A stretch of DNA of 64,000 bases, from contig JBIKWL010000005.1 of assembly GCA_044356335.1 (NCBI GenBank), positions 10,946 through 74,945 of the forward strand, written 5' to 3'. Each line of letters starts with the position of its first letter. Within the stretch, counting starts at the first letter, position 1. Shown piece after piece: positions 20,004-30,139 of this stretch. The notes beneath the pieces are model-generated. The model saw nothing but the letters and a program-made list of their open reading frames with translations, ran no database searches and had not been told where the DNA came from. This stretch comes from Candidatus Sericytochromatia bacterium (GTDB lineage Bacteria > Cyanobacteriota > Sericytochromatia > UBA7694). Made by a program: the position numbers and the translations under genes.

Positions 20004-20282
20004 ATGAGCCGTTCTGTAAAAAAGGGACCTTTTATTCAAGAAAAGCTGCTCAAGAAAATTGAGCGCATGAATGATAAAAACGAGAAGCGCGTAATTAAAA
20101 CCTGGTCCCGCGCATCCACCATTACACCGGATATGATCGGACACACTATTGCCGTCTACAACGGCCGCAAACATGTGCCCATCTTTGTGACTGAGAACAT
20201 GGTCGACTATCGCCTGGGTGAGTTCGTTCCCACCCGTATGTTCCGTGGCCACGCCGGTGAAAAAACCGTATCACGCCGATAG
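20004..20282 (+). CDS. rpsS: 30S ribosomal protein S19
   Basis: Canonical S19 sequence. Confidence 0.95.
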   Translation: MSRSVKKGPFIQEKLLKKIERMNDKNEKRVIKTWSRASTITPDMIGHTIAVYNGRKHVPIFVTENMVDYRLGEFVPTRMFRGHAGEKTVSRR

Positions 20283-20297
20283 AATGAGGAACATACC

Positions 20298-20648
20298 GTG
20301 AGTAACCCAGTAAAAGTCAAGGCTATAGCCAAGAATGTCAGCATGTCACCCTTCAAGCTGAGACGGGTGATGAATCTGGTCCGGGGAATGAATGGCTTAG
20401 ATGCATTGGACCACCTCAAGTTCATGCCCCACAAAGCCGCCCGTATCATCGAAAAGGTTCTCCACTCTGCGCTTTCAAACGCAGAAAACAACAATATGTT
20501 GGATGTGGAAGAGCTCTATGTGGTCGAAGCATTTGTAGATGGTGGCCGTACGCTGCGCCGGGTTCAACCCCGTGCCCAGGGCCGTGCTTACCAGATCAAA
20601 AAACGCTCCAGCCACGTCACCATCGCCGTTGGGCCGAAGAAGAAGTAA
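20298..20648 (+). CDS. rplV: 50S ribosomal protein L22
   Basis: Canonical L22 sequence. Confidence 0.93.
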   Translation: MSNPVKVKAIAKNVSMSPFKLRRVMNLVRGMNGLDALDHLKFMPHKAARIIEKVLHSALSNAENNNMLDVEELYVVEAFVDGGRTLRRVQPRAQGRAYQIKKRSSHVTIAVGPKKK

Positions 20649-20657
20649 GGAGACAAT

Positions 20658-21326
20658 ATGGGCCAGAAAGTACACCCAATCGGATTTCGGTTGGGCATTA
20701 CCAAAAATTGGAAAAGCCGTTGGTTTTCCCCCAAGAACTATCCCGATCTGATCCAAGAAGATCGCCGTATTCGTGACATCGTCAAAAAACAGCTGTCTGC
20801 CGCAGGCATCGCTGATATTGAAGTTGAGCGTAAATCAAACCAAGTTGAAGTCACCATTCAGACTGCTAAGCCCGGCATGGTTGTCGGTCGCGGTGGCAAA
20901 AACATCGAAGAACTGCGTCAGAAACTCTTCCAGGAACTGAACAAAAAAGTTCAGATGAACGTGCAAGAAGTGAAGTCTGTTGAAACCAACGCCCAGCTGA
21001 TCGCTGAAGCGGCCGCTCAACAGCTCGAAAAACGCGTGGCGTTTCGCCGCGTGATGAAGCAGTCCATGACCCGCGCCATGAATTCAGGTGCCCAAGGCAT
21101 CAAAATCATGATCGCTGGCCGTCTCGGCGGTGCAGATATTGCCCGTACCGAATGGCTGCGCGAAGGCCGGATTCCGTTGCACACCCTGCGTGCAGATATC
21201 GATTATGGTTTCTTCGAAGCCAAGACCGTTTTCGGCATTATCGGTATCAAAGTTTGGGTCTACAACGGCGAAAAGCTGAGAGAAAAAGAGTCGAAAAAAG
21301 AGGTCCCCTCCAATGCTAATGCCTAA
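20658..21326 (+). CDS. rpsC: 30S ribosomal protein S3
   Basis: Canonical S3 with KH domain. Confidence 0.95.
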   Translation: MGQKVHPIGFRLGITKNWKSRWFSPKNYPDLIQEDRRIRDIVKKQLSAAGIADIEVERKSNQVEVTIQTAKPGMVVGRGGKNIEELRQKLFQELNKKVQMNVQEVKSVETNAQLIAEAAAQQLEKRVAFRRVMKQSMTRAMNSGAQGIKIMIAGRLGGADIARTEWLREGRIPLHTLRADIDYGFFEAKTVFGIIGIKVWVYNGEKLREKESKKEVPSNANA

Positions 21327-21765
21327 ACGTACTAAGTACAGAAAGCAGATGCGGGGCCGCATGAAGGGCAAGGAAACCCGTGGTACGACTGTCGCCTTTG
21401 GCGAATTCGGACTGCAAGGTCTGGAGCCTGCCTGGATTACCGCCCGCCAAATTGAGGCTGCCCGTCGCGCCATGACCCGTTCTGTCCGTCGTGGTGGGAA
21501 AGTGCATATCCGTGTTTTCCCCGACAAGCCAATCACAGCAAAACCCGCCGAAACCCGCATGGGTAGCGGTAAAGGTTCACCTGAGTATTGGGTAGCCGTT
21601 GTCAAACCCGGTCGTGTTTTATTTGAACTCGCTGGGGTTCCCGAAGAAGTAGCCCGCAAGGCTATGCGTTTGGCCAGTGCCAAATTGCCAATCAAGACCC
21701 GCTTTGTCAGTCGCGCTGAACAAGAAGCAGCTGCCACTGAAACCGCGGAAGGAGGCGAAGAATAA
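21313..21765 (+). CDS. rplP: 50S ribosomal protein L16
   Basis: [12 protein letters not shown] start and canonical L16 sequence. Overlaps the rpsC end by 14 bp. Confidence 0.93.
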   Translation: MLMPKRTKYRKQMRGRMKGKETRGTTVAFGEFGLQGLEPAWITARQIEAARRAMTRSVRRGGKVHIRVFPDKPITAKPAETRMGSGKGSPEYWVAVVKPGRVLFELAGVPEEVARKAMRLASAKLPIKTRFVSRAEQEAAATETAEGGEE

Positions 21766-21766
21766 G

Positions 21767-21988
21767 ATGTCTAAGCAAGAAATCAGTCGTTTGCGCGAAC
21801 TTTCCCAGCAGGAATTGCTGGATGAGCGTCAGGAAGCCAAACAGGAACTTTTTAATCTGAAGTTCCAGTGGATGGCGACACGTCAGCTTTCCAACACCGC
21901 CCGTCTGCGTCTGTTACGGCAAAAAGTTGCCCGTATCAACACCCTGTTGCGGGAACGTGAATTGGAAGGAGAAGAAGTCAATGCCTAA
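21767..21988 (+). CDS. rpmC: 50S ribosomal protein L29
   Basis: The internal ATG at 21767 gives the 73-aa L29 ([20 protein letters not shown]...). The listed longer ORF is rejected because it lies inside rplP. Confidence 0.9.
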   Translation: MSKQEISRLRELSQQELLDERQEAKQELFNLKFQWMATRQLSNTARLRLLRQKVARINTLLRERELEGEEVNA

Positions 21989-22229
21989 ACGTGTACTGAC
22001 CGGCAAGGTCGTCAGTGACAAAATGCAAAAAACCCGTGTGGCTGAAATCGAACGTTTCCCCACACACCCGATCTACAAAAAGGTACAGTCCCGCAGAAAG
22101 CGCTACAAGTTCCATGATGAACAAGAGCTCTCCAAAGCTGGTGATTTGGTCCGCATTGTGGAGTGCCGCCCCATGAGCCGTGACAAACACTTCCGTCTTT
22201 TGGAAGTTGTTGAGTCCGGATTGGATTAA
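21981..22229 (+). CDS. rpsQ: 30S ribosomal protein S17
   Basis: The ATG at 21981 gives [18 protein letters not shown]..., the canonical S17. Confidence 0.92.
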   Translation: MPKRVLTGKVVSDKMQKTRVAEIERFPTHPIYKKVQSRRKRYKFHDEQELSKAGDLVRIVECRPMSRDKHFRLLEVVESGLD

Positions 22230-22242
22230 TAAGGAGTTAGTT

Positions 22243-22611
22243 ATGATTCAGCAAGAAAGTCGTCTCGCTGTGGCTGACAACACCGGCGCAAAAGAACTGC
22301 TCTGCATCACCGTGCTCGGCAGCTCTGGCCGTCGTTACGCTCATGTGGGTGACACGATTGTCGCCGTCGTCAAAGAAGCCACCCCCAATATGCCTGTCAA
22401 AAAAAGTCAGGTTGTCAAAGCCGTCATCGTGCGTACCAAGCACCAGATCCACCGCAAAGATGGTTCGCGGATTCGCTTTGATGAAAATGCCGCCGTGATT
22501 GTCAACAATGATGGCAATCCGATTGGTACCCGTGTTTTTGGCCCTGTGGCCCGTGAACTTCGGGAAAAGAACTATATGAAAATTGTCTCACTTGCCCCGG
22601 AGGTTCTTTAA
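22243..22611 (+). CDS. rplN: 50S ribosomal protein L14
   Basis: The ATG at 22243 preceded by AAGGAG gives [17 protein letters not shown], the canonical L14. Confidence 0.93.
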   Translation: MIQQESRLAVADNTGAKELLCITVLGSSGRRYAHVGDTIVAVVKEATPNMPVKKSQVVKAVIVRTKHQIHRKDGSRIRFDENAAVIVNNDGNPIGTRVFGPVARELREKNYMKIVSLAPEVL

Positions 22612-22613
22612 AT

Positions 22614-22970
22614 ATGGCATCCAATAAAACTGATAAAGAGTACCGTCGTCTGACGATTAAAAAAGGCGATCAGGTGGTTGTTATTTCCGGTCGCGATGCA
22701 GATCGTGGTAAGGTAGGTAAGGTTCTGCGCGTTCTGCCCAAAACCGACCGTGTTGTTGTAGAAGGTGTTGGCATGGTGACCCGTCACCAAAAGCCCACTA
22801 TGCAAGGCCAAAAGGGTTCTCTCGTTAGAAAAGAAGCCCCAATTCAACGCTCCCGCGTAATGCTCTATGATGCAAGCCTGAAAAAAGGCGTGCGGACCGG
22901 TAGCAAAACTCTGGAAAACGGACAAAAAGTCCGTGTCTCTCAAAAATCGGGCGAAACGCTCGACAATTAA
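22614..22970 (+). CDS. rplX: 50S ribosomal protein L24
   Basis: L24 KOW-domain sequence. Confidence 0.9.
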   Translation: MASNKTDKEYRRLTIKKGDQVVVISGRDADRGKVGKVLRVLPKTDRVVVEGVGMVTRHQKPTMQGQKGSLVRKEAPIQRSRVMLYDASLKKGVRTGSKTLENGQKVRVSQKSGETLDN

Positions 22971-23003
22971 TTAATTTAAAATATCTTGAAGGAGTAGCTA
23001 AGT

Positions 23004-23558
23004 ATGGTTGCAGAAGCAAAACCAAGACTTAAGCAGTTCTACCGCGAGCAAGTGGTTCCCAAGCTCAAAGACGAGTTTCAGTACGCCAACGTTATGGACG
23101 TGCCCAAACTTGACAAAATCGTGGTCAGTATCGGTTTGGGTGAATATATTCTCAATCACAAAGCCCTGGAATTTGCCCAGACAGATTTGGCCACTATCAC
23201 CGGTCAAAAACCGATTGTGGTCAAAGCAAAGAAATCCATTGCCAACTTCAAACTGCGCCAGGGCATGCCCATCGGTTTGAAAGTCACCCTGCGTGGTGAT
23301 CGCATGTATGAATTCCTGGATCGCCTCGTCTCCCTGGCTCTGCCCCGGATTCGTGACTTTCGCGGAGTTTCCAACAAAGCGTTCGATCAACGTGGCAATT
23401 ACACCATTGGTCTTAAAGAACAGCTGATCTTCCCCGAAATCAGCTACGACAAGGTCGACAAAGTGCGCGGTATGAACATCACCTTCGTAACCTCCGCCAA
23501 AAACGACCAAGAAGCTCACGCTCTGCTCAAACATTTTGGAATGCCGTTTCGGAAGTAG
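23004..23558 (+). CDS. rplE: 50S ribosomal protein L5
   Basis: Canonical L5 sequence. Confidence 0.95.
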   Translation: MVAEAKPRLKQFYREQVVPKLKDEFQYANVMDVPKLDKIVVSIGLGEYILNHKALEFAQTDLATITGQKPIVVKAKKSIANFKLRQGMPIGLKVTLRGDRMYEFLDRLVSLALPRIRDFRGVSNKAFDQRGNYTIGLKEQLIFPEISYDKVDKVRGMNITFVTSAKNDQEAHALLKHFGMPFRK

Positions 23559-23567
23559 GAGACAATT

Positions 23568-23753
23568 ATGGCAAAAACATCAATGATTGAAAAATCCAAG
23601 CGCCCCGCAAAATACAAAGTCCGTCAACACAACCGTTGCCGGAGCTGTGGCCGCCCCAAAGCCTATTATCGCTATTTTGGCCTCTGCCGCATTTGCTTGC
23701 GCGAAAATGCTCACAAGGGTGTATTGCCCGGTGTGAAGAAGTCCAGTTGGTAA
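23568..23753 (+). CDS. rpsZ: 30S ribosomal protein S14, zinc-binding type Z (61 aa)
   Basis: CRSCGRP...CRIC C4 zinc ribbon in the short S14 form. Confidence 0.92.
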   Translation: MAKTSMIEKSKRPAKYKVRQHNRCRSCGRPKAYYRYFGLCRICLRENAHKGVLPGVKKSSW

Positions 23754-23766
23754 GAGGAGAAATAGT

Positions 23767-24159
23767 ATGGTTACAGATCCTATCAGTGATATGCTTACCC
23801 GGGTCCGCAATGCCCTGATGCTGCGCAAAGACTCCGTGGAAGTACCGCATTCCAAAATTAAAAAAGAAGTGTCACGGGTTTTAAAAGAAAACGGCTATAT
23901 TACCGATTTCTTTGAAGTCAGTGATGACAAATTCAAGAAAATCAAATTGGTTCTCAAGTACCACGATGGCCGCTCCGTCATTCAGGGCCTCAAACGCGTC
24001 AGCACCCCCGGTCGCCGCGTGTATGTTGGAACCCAAGAAGTACCGCGCGTGATGGGCGGAATGGGCGTGGCTGTGGTCTCTACCTCCCGTGGCATTCTTA
24101 CCGGTCACCAGGCCCGTCGTCTCAAAGTCGGCGGCGAATTACTGTGTTATGTATGGTAG
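23767..24159 (+). CDS. rpsH: 30S ribosomal protein S8
   Basis: Canonical S8 sequence. Confidence 0.95.
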   Translation: MVTDPISDMLTRVRNALMLRKDSVEVPHSKIKKEVSRVLKENGYITDFFEVSDDKFKKIKLVLKYHDGRSVIQGLKRVSTPGRRVYVGTQEVPRVMGGMGVAVVSTSRGILTGHQARRLKVGGELLCYVW

Positions 24160-24168
24160 GTAAAAGCA

Positions 24169-24705
24169 ATGTCTCGAATTGGTAAAAAACCCATTACACT
24201 GGCCAAAGCCACCGTTGAAGTCAGTGGCAATACCGTCAAAGTCAAAGGCCCCAAAGGCGAACTGTCTCAGGATATCCGTGATGAAGTCTCGATCGAAGTT
24301 CTCGATGGTGTCTTGCACGTAAGCCGCAAAAATGACAGCAAACAGGCCCGTGCACTGCATGGTCTCTATCGTTCTCTGCTGGCCAATATGGTAGAAGGCG
24401 TGAACAACGGCTTCTCCAAATCCCTCGAAATGATTGGGGTCGGTTATAAAGCCGCTCTCAAAGGAACCAGCCTGGTTTTGAACGTAGGCTATTCCCACCC
24501 TGTGGAGATTGAAGCGCCTCCCGGCATCGTCCTCGAAACAGAAGGCCCCACCCGTATCCATGTCAAAGGCATTGATAAGGGCGAGGTCGGTAACGTCGCT
24601 GCCAAAATCCGCGCTGTGCGCAAACCCGAGCCTTACAAAGGCAAAGGGATCCGGTATGTGGGCGAAGTCGTCCGCAGAAAAGCCGGCAAATCAGGTAAGA
24701 AGTAG
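24169..24705 (+). CDS. rplF: 50S ribosomal protein L6
   Basis: Canonical L6 sequence. Confidence 0.95.
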   Translation: MSRIGKKPITLAKATVEVSGNTVKVKGPKGELSQDIRDEVSIEVLDGVLHVSRKNDSKQARALHGLYRSLLANMVEGVNNGFSKSLEMIGVGYKAALKGTSLVLNVGYSHPVEIEAPPGIVLETEGPTRIHVKGIDKGEVGNVAAKIRAVRKPEPYKGKGIRYVGEVVRRKAGKSGKK

Positions 24706-24721
24706 TCGGAGGCCATAAAAA

Positions 24722-25087
24722 ATGAGTATTGAAACACGTCGTGCTGAGCGCAAGCGCCGGCACGTTCGTTCCCGTAAAAACCTCAGCGGTACCGCTGAAC
24801 GTCCCCGTCTGGCCGTATTCCGCAGCCATCAGCATATTTACGCTCAGATTATCAACGATGAGCAAGGCCATACCTTGGCTGCAGCATCTTCTGTTGAGCC
24901 CGAAGTCAAAAAAGAAGCTGAATACTTTGGCAATATTGATGGTGCCAAAGTCATCGGTGCCCGGATTGCCAAAAAAGCCTTGGAACAGGGAATCACCCAG
25001 GTCGTTTTTGACCGTGGTGGCAATAAGTACCATGGCCGTGTTGCGGCTCTGGCTGATGCTGCCCGTGAAAACGGTCTGAGTTTCTAA
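24722..25087 (+). CDS. rplR: 50S ribosomal protein L18
   Basis: Canonical L18 sequence. Confidence 0.93.
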   Translation: MSIETRRAERKRRHVRSRKNLSGTAERPRLAVFRSHQHIYAQIINDEQGHTLAAASSVEPEVKKEAEYFGNIDGAKVIGARIAKKALEQGITQVVFDRGGNKYHGRVAALADAARENGLSF

Positions 25088-25109
25088 GGAATTGAGAGGA
25101 AATTAGAAC

Positions 25110-25625
25110 GTGGTCAAAAAACAAAACGAAACCGATTCCCAGTGGACTGAAAAAGTCGTCCAGGTCCGCCGTGTGACCAAAGTAGTCAAAGGCGGAAAAC
25201 GCCTTAGTTTCCGAGTTATCACCATTGTCGGTGATGGCGAAGGCAAAGTTGGTGTAGGTGTTGGCAAATCAGCTGACGTCGTAGGTGCCATTCAAAAAGG
25301 CATGTCCGATGCCCGTAAAAATCTGATTGATGTGCCCATCGTCGACACAACGATCCCTCATCCGGTAACATCTCGCTTTGGCTCTGCCAGCGTGCTGGTT
25401 AAACCGGCCCGTCAAGGTACCGGTGTTATTGCCGGTGGTGCGGTGCGCATTGTACTTGAAGCTGCAGGCATCAAAAATGCCACAGCCAAGTGCTTGGGTT
25501 CCAAATCCCCCTTGAACAATGCCCGTGCTGCGGTTCAGGCTCTGCAAGAACTCCGCACCATTGAGCAGATTTCCGAATCCCGTGGCTTGAGTGCAAAAGA
25601 AGTACTCCGCGGCCGCCCAGTCTGA
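25110..25625 (+). CDS. rpsE: 30S ribosomal protein S5
   Basis: Canonical S5 sequence with a GTG start. Confidence 0.94.
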   Translation: MVKKQNETDSQWTEKVVQVRRVTKVVKGGKRLSFRVITIVGDGEGKVGVGVGKSADVVGAIQKGMSDARKNLIDVPIVDTTIPHPVTSRFGSASVLVKPARQGTGVIAGGAVRIVLEAAGIKNATAKCLGSKSPLNNARAAVQALQELRTIEQISESRGLSAKEVLRGRPV

Positions 25626-25643
25626 TAAAAAGGAATTTTTGAC

Positions 25644-26087
25644 ATGAAACTGCAGGATTTATCTCGCAATACAAAACGCGCCAAACGCAAACGCGTTGGC
25701 CGTGGTATGGGTTCGGGTATGGGTAAAACCGCTACCCGTGGCCACCGTGGTCAAGGCCAGCGCTCAGGCCCCGAGAAAAAAGCCGGTTTTGAAGGTGGCC
25801 AGATGCCCCTTTATCGCCGTCTGCCCAAGAAAAAACACTTTGTGATCCCCTACCGTTCAAACTGGGCGATCATCAATGTGGGCACCCTCAACAAGCTCTT
25901 TGAAGCCGGTTCAACCGTGGATTTCGCTGCTCTGGCCGCGAAAAGCGTGATTGATCACCGTGCCGATGGTGTTCGCGTCTTGGGCCACGGAGAACTGACC
26001 GTTGCCTTGAATATTACAGCCAGCTACGTCACTCCTTCTGCCAAGGAAAAGATCGAAGCTGCAGGTGGTTCCATTCAGCTCGTATGA
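25644..26087 (+). CDS. rplO: 50S ribosomal protein L15
   Basis: Canonical L15 sequence. It directly follows rpsE with no L30 gene between them. Confidence 0.93.
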   Translation: MKLQDLSRNTKRAKRKRVGRGMGSGMGKTATRGHRGQGQRSGPEKKAGFEGGQMPLYRRLPKKKHFVIPYRSNWAIINVGTLNKLFEAGSTVDFAALAAKSVIDHRADGVRVLGHGELTVALNITASYVTPSAKEKIEAAGGSIQLV

Positions 26088-27391
26088 AACGAGAACAAGC
26101 TTTACGCCCGGAAGTCCTCATGGAAATGTGGCAGGCTTCCGGGCTTAAATTTAAGATCTTTTTTACCCTGGGGATGATTTTCCTGGTAAGATTTGGCGTT
26201 CAGATTCCCGTCAGCGGGCTGGACGCCAATATTATTGCCAATCTCTTCCGCCAGGGTAGTTTGCTTCAATTTGTCGACCTCTTCGCAGGGGGAGCCCTGG
26301 CCAAGTTTTCAGTTCTGGCCATGGGCATTTTGCCGTATATCAACGCCTCGATTATTATGCAGTTGATGGGTACGGTCATACCCAAGCTAGAGGAATTACA
26401 AAAAGAAGGCGGAGAGGCCGGGCGAAGGCAGATCGCTCAGTTTACCCGCGTCCTGACGATTATTCTCGGTTCCGTTCAAGCCGTTGGAATGTCAGTCTGG
26501 CTCTGGCGCAGTGGCGCTGTTCCCAGCCATCCCGCCACCGGCAGTATGCCGCTTTTGTTCATTATCAACACCACGGTTTTGCTGGTTGCTGGCACTGTTT
26601 TGGTGATGTGGATCGGCGAAATGATGACCGAATATGGCATTGGCAACGGTGCCTCGCTCTTGATTTTCATCGGGATCGTCGCAGCCATTCCCCAATACAT
26701 CCAAAACACGGTTGAATTGGTCAATCAAGGAGCCTCAAACTGGTTTGCGGTTGGAACACTTGTGGCCTCTTATTTGGCACTGCTGGTCTTGATTGTCTAC
26801 GCCTCTGAAGGGGCCCGCAAAATCCCTGTGCAGTCGGCAAAGAAACAGGTAGGTAACCGGATGTACGGTGGCCGTGGTACCTATTTACCTTTCCGTATTA
26901 CCCAGGGTGGCGTAATGCCCGTCATTTTCGCCTCTTCGGTGCTGCTCTTTCCGGCCACGATTCAACAGTTTGCACCCAATGCAAAAGTCTTGAAAACCAT
27001 CACGGATTTTCTCACCCAACAGCCGGGGTACGGCATTTTCTTTACCTCGCTGATCTTTTTCTTCGCCTTTTTCTACGCTTCGCTGGTGCTCAATCCCCAG
27101 GAAATTGCCAATAATCTCAAGCGCTACGGCAGCTATATTCCGGGCTACCGTCCGGGCCGTCCAACCGCTGAGTATCTCGACATGGTCCTGAAACGGATCA
27201 CGTTTTGTGGCGCAATCTTCTTGGCTTTGATTGTGGTTTTCCCCATGCTCATGGTTGAAATTACCGGTGTCACGACACTGGAACGGGTGGGCAGTACCGC
27301 GATTCTGATCATGGTGGGCGTAGCCATTGACCTCTTTAATCAATTGCAAACCCATCTCTTAGCAAGACAGTACGAAGGATTTACCACATGA
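26084..27391 (+). CDS. secY: Preprotein translocase subunit SecY
   Basis: 10-TM SecY profile. Overlaps rplO by 4 bp. Confidence 0.93.
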   Translation: MKREQALRPEVLMEMWQASGLKFKIFFTLGMIFLVRFGVQIPVSGLDANIIANLFRQGSLLQFVDLFAGGALAKFSVLAMGILPYINASIIMQLMGTVIPKLEELQKEGGEAGRRQIAQFTRVLTIILGSVQAVGMSVWLWRSGAVPSHPATGSMPLLFIINTTVLLVAGTVLVMWIGEMMTEYGIGNGASLLIFIGIVAAIPQYIQNTVELVNQGASNWFAVGTLVASYLALLVLIVYASEGARKIPVQSAKKQVGNRMYGGRGTYLPFRITQGGVMPVIFASSVLLFPATIQQFAPNAKVLKTITDFLTQQPGYGIFFTSLIFFFAFFYASLVLNPQEIANNLKRYGSYIPGYRPGRPTAEYLDMVLKRITFCGAIFLALIVVFPMLMVEITGVTTLERVGSTAILIMVGVAIDLFNQLQTHLLARQYEGFTT

Positions 27392-28038
27392 GTAACGGTA
27401 TTCATCTGATTTTCCTTGGCGCCCCTGGTGCCGGTAAAGGCACCCAGGCCCACGTCATTGCCGAACAGTATCAAGCAGCCCACGTTTCAACAGGGGATAT
27501 TCTGCGTCAAGCGGCCCGCGAGGGCACCGAAATGGGACTCAAAGCCAAGGCCTTTATGGACCAAGGTGCACTGGTTCCCGATGAGGTGATTATTGGCCTG
27601 ATTCGCGAACGCTTGACCCATGCGGATTTCCCCAAAAATTGGATCATGGATGGGTTCCCCCGCACTCTCGCACAGGCCCAGGCCCTCGATCAACTTCTGA
27701 CTGAAATTGGCCAGGATCTGACTGCAGTGCTGAATATTGATGTGCCACTGGATCTGCTGATGGACCGCCTGACTTTGCGCAGAACCTGCCGCAAAACGGG
27801 CAAGATCTTCAATTTGAAGTTCAACCCACCTGAAGATCCCAGTCTGTATGATCTCTATCAGCGCGACGACGATAAACCCGAAGCGGTTGAAAAACGCCTG
27901 CAGGTCTATCAAGAGCAAACCCAACCGCTGATTGCCTATTATGAAAAGACCGGCAAATTGGCGGATATCCAGGGCGATCTCGAAGTCACCCAGGTGACGG
28001 AAGTCATTCAAGAAGTCGTCAATCAGCGCAATCGCTGA
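27388..28038 (+). CDS. adk: Adenylate kinase
   Basis: GAPGAGKGTQ P-loop and a long LID domain. Confidence 0.93.
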   Translation: MSNGIHLIFLGAPGAGKGTQAHVIAEQYQAAHVSTGDILRQAAREGTEMGLKAKAFMDQGALVPDEVIIGLIRERLTHADFPKNWIMDGFPRTLAQAQALDQLLTEIGQDLTAVLNIDVPLDLLMDRLTLRRTCRKTGKIFNLKFNPPEDPSLYDLYQRDDDKPEAVEKRLQVYQEQTQPLIAYYEKTGKLADIQGDLEVTQVTEVIQEVVNQRNR

Positions 28039-28054
28039 AAACACGTCAGCGTTT

Positions 28055-28086
28055 AAGCCCTCCCTCATAGGAGGGCTTTTTTCTTT
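28055..28086 (+). terminator. Rho-independent terminator that ends the ribosomal supercluster after adk
   Basis: aagccctcc-ctcat-ggagggctt hairpin followed by TTTTTCTTTG. Confidence 0.7.
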
Positions 28087-28160
28087 GTCCAAGGTCATTG
28101 TTTGGCGGCATTTCAACTGCTAAACTCAATCACATCATCTGTCAAAGGAAGCCCCATCAT

Positions 28161-28787
28161 ATGAATAAATCCACCCTGAAAAAAGCCCTGTTTTTCGGTT
28201 TACCCGCACTCCTAACAGCAGCCATGCTCAGCGCAAAACCGGTCGAGGCCTCTTCCATGCCCAAAGCCGATGCCAACCGCTCATCTTTTGCCTTTGGTAT
28301 TGGCCCCAGCGCCGCCCTCGATCTGGAGTTGTTTCCCAGAACCACACTGGGCGTTTCTGCAGGTCTGCCCTTTCTGGTCAATGGCTGGACCGACCTCAGC
28401 AGCCGCTACGACGTGCGTCTGATGACCAATCTATACCATGATCGTGACCATCACGATCGCCACCATTACCATGACAGTAGCTTTTCTCTGAGTTTGATCC
28501 TGGGGGTCTGGGGCGATGCCAATTTTCGCGATCTGAGCGTTTCGCGTTGGCTGGGCATTGAAATTGGCGTGGCCATGGCCTACCGTTTCAATGAACATGT
28601 GACCGCCCGTTTAAATTTGGTTCCGGGGTATAACTTTTTTAACGGCAATCTCAACCAATTGGTCTTCCAAAACTTTTTTCCACCAGCCGCAGGTGCTGAG
28701 GTCGCTTGGCATATCAGCCCCAATTTAGAGGCCACACTGGGTTATAACGGCCAGGGAGATATTCTCGGCTTCCGTTTTCGGATCTAA
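28161..28787 (+). CDS. Putative outer-membrane beta-barrel protein with a His-rich loop
   Basis: N-terminal signal peptide from the internal ATG at 28161. Alternating amphipathic strands. C-terminal GFRFRI, F-terminated. HDRDHHDRHHYHD stretch. Confidence 0.5.
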   Translation: MNKSTLKKALFFGLPALLTAAMLSAKPVEASSMPKADANRSSFAFGIGPSAALDLELFPRTTLGVSAGLPFLVNGWTDLSSRYDVRLMTNLYHDRDHHDRHHYHDSSFSLSLILGVWGDANFRDLSVSRWLGIEIGVAMAYRFNEHVTARLNLVPGYNFFNGNLNQLVFQNFFPPAAGAEVAWHISPNLEATLGYNGQGDILGFRFRI

Positions 28788-28921
28788 GCAAAATCAAATC
28801 TTTACAACCTGTTTACCTTGGCATTACCTTTTAGAGGCAGATTTTCACTCAGGGCCGACAATTTTAGGGTCATAAACCGCAAAAATTTAGGCTGAATTGG
28901 GATCAGGACGCCCAGGACAGC

Positions 28922-28949
28922 TTGTAAAGCTATTTTTAAGTGCTATAAT
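28922..28949 (+). promoter_or_regulatory. Candidate sigma70 promoter TTGTAA-N16-TATAAT
   Basis: Consensus-like hexamers about 35 bp upstream of the lipoprotein gene that starts with GTG at 28982. Confidence 0.35.
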
Positions 28950-28981
28950 TAAAATACTCTTTTTATATGGGTAACTAACAC

Positions 28982-30127
28982 GTGAAAAACAAAATTGCAA
29001 ATTCGGTTCTGAGTACTGTCCTGGCAACAGTCACTGTTTCTCTGTTGGCAGCCTGTGGAACCCCACAGACTGTTTCAACTGCCAGCACCGTCAATGCCTC
29101 TTCCCTGCAGACCGCCGCAACGGCAACTCTGGCTCCAATTGAAGTTCAGAGTATTCCTGGCTATGCGATCAAACCCTCTTTGGGTAGCGCCAGCGTCACC
29201 GGGCAATTAAAAATTCCCGCCAATCTGATTCTCTCTGCTACAGATCTGAGTTCGATTACCGCTCCGCCCCAAGGGATCACGGCTCCGCCCCAAGGCATTA
29301 CCGCTCCCCCACAAGGGATCACGGCTCCGCCCCAAGGCATTACCGCCCCGCCCCTTGGTGTGCTTCCTGCCCAGTCGATTTTCGGCATTCGTTCCGTCAA
29401 GTCGTCAGGTCTCGCCGCTGGATTCTGGGCTGAATTTTTCCGCGATAATTTTAAGTTGGTCGTGCCTGAACTTGGGCAACAGGCCTTCGTAAACAGCACA
29501 GTTCTTCAGTACATCAATGGTCAGCCTTATTTTGTGGCCAGCTATGTGCTGCCCAAAGTCAGTCCCAATCAGACCTATACAGTAGAAGCCAAACACCCGC
29601 TCATGAGCCTGCGCTCAACCCTGAGCACCGGTGAAGCAGGCCAGACTGCCGCTTCTGATTTGGACTTGGGTTCAACCGCTGTTGATCTGGTCAAAAAAGC
29701 CGCACAGACCCGCAATAAAAAGGTCAATTTGGCTTACCTCAACCAGAGCATGAAAGAACTGGAAAACATCTCCAGTGCGCTGCAAAAGCGTTACAAAGGC
29801 AGTATCAGCGAAGCTGAATTACAAAAAGTGGTCAATAGCTACGTAGATAGCATTCCTGCTTACTCTGAGCCCACTTCGATTCGCGTCGAAGGCGAGCGTC
29901 AGCTGAAAGTGAAAAAGGGAGCCACCTTACAGCTTTCTGCCACCACCTTATTCGCCAATCAGCAAAAGACCCAAGCTGTTCACTGGCGCACCCAACAGGG
30001 AGACGTGGTAAATGTCCTGGCTGACGGAACCATCCTCGGCGTTAAGTCCGGTTCTTCTGTCCTGGAAGCCATCTCTGTTGACAATCCGGCCCTGAAAGAT
30101 CAGATTCGGATTGACGTCATCAATTAA
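28982..30127 (+). CDS. Surface lipoprotein with a 5x ITAPPQG tandem repeat and a C-terminal bacterial Ig-like (Big_2) domain
   Basis: LLAAC lipobox. 21-bp coding repeats. Big_2-like C-terminus (VKKGATLQLSAT...VKSGSSVLEAISVDNP). Confidence 0.6.
   Translation: MKNKIANSVLSTVLATVTVSLLAACGTPQTVSTASTVNASSLQTAATATLAPIEVQSIPGYAIKPSLGSASVTGQLKIPANLILSATDLSSITAPPQGITAPPQGITAPPQGITAPPQGITAPPLGVLPAQSIFGIRSVKSSGLAAGFWAEFFRDNFKLVVPELGQQAFVNSTVLQYINGQPYFVASYVLPKVSPNQTYTVEAKHPLMSLRSTLSTGEAGQTAASDLDLGSTAVDLVKKAAQTRNKKVNLAYLNQSMKELENISSALQKRYKGSISEAELQKVVNSYVDSIPAYSEPTSIRVEGERQLKVKKGATLQLSATTLFANQQKTQAVHWRTQQGDVVNVLADGTILGVKSGSSVLEAISVDNPALKDQIRIDVIN
29255..29359 (+). repeat. Five tandem 21-bp coding repeats (ITAPPQG x4 plus ITAPPLG)
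   Basis: Near-identical units with alternating synonymous variants, read directly from the sequence. Confidence 0.85.
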
Positions 30128-30139
30128 ATTTCTCTTTCT

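Noticed and set aside
21677-22242. The longer listed ORFs for rpmC (from 21677), rpsQ (from 21927) and rplN (from 22180)
   Set aside because: The extended N-termini overlap the preceding genes and lack an RBS. Internal ATGs at 21767, 21981 and 22243 give canonical-length proteins with proper spacing.
25626-25643. Missing L30 (rpmD) as a possible deletion or assembly error
   Set aside because: The spacer between rpsE and rplO is only 18 bp and the flanking genes are intact. Natural absence of L30 is common in several bacterial lineages.
29255-29359. Possible CRISPR-like array (regular short repeats)
   Set aside because: The repeats are contiguous 21-bp units with no spacers and are in-frame inside a lipoprotein ORF. 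No cas genes are present. This is a coding tandem repeat, not CRISPR.
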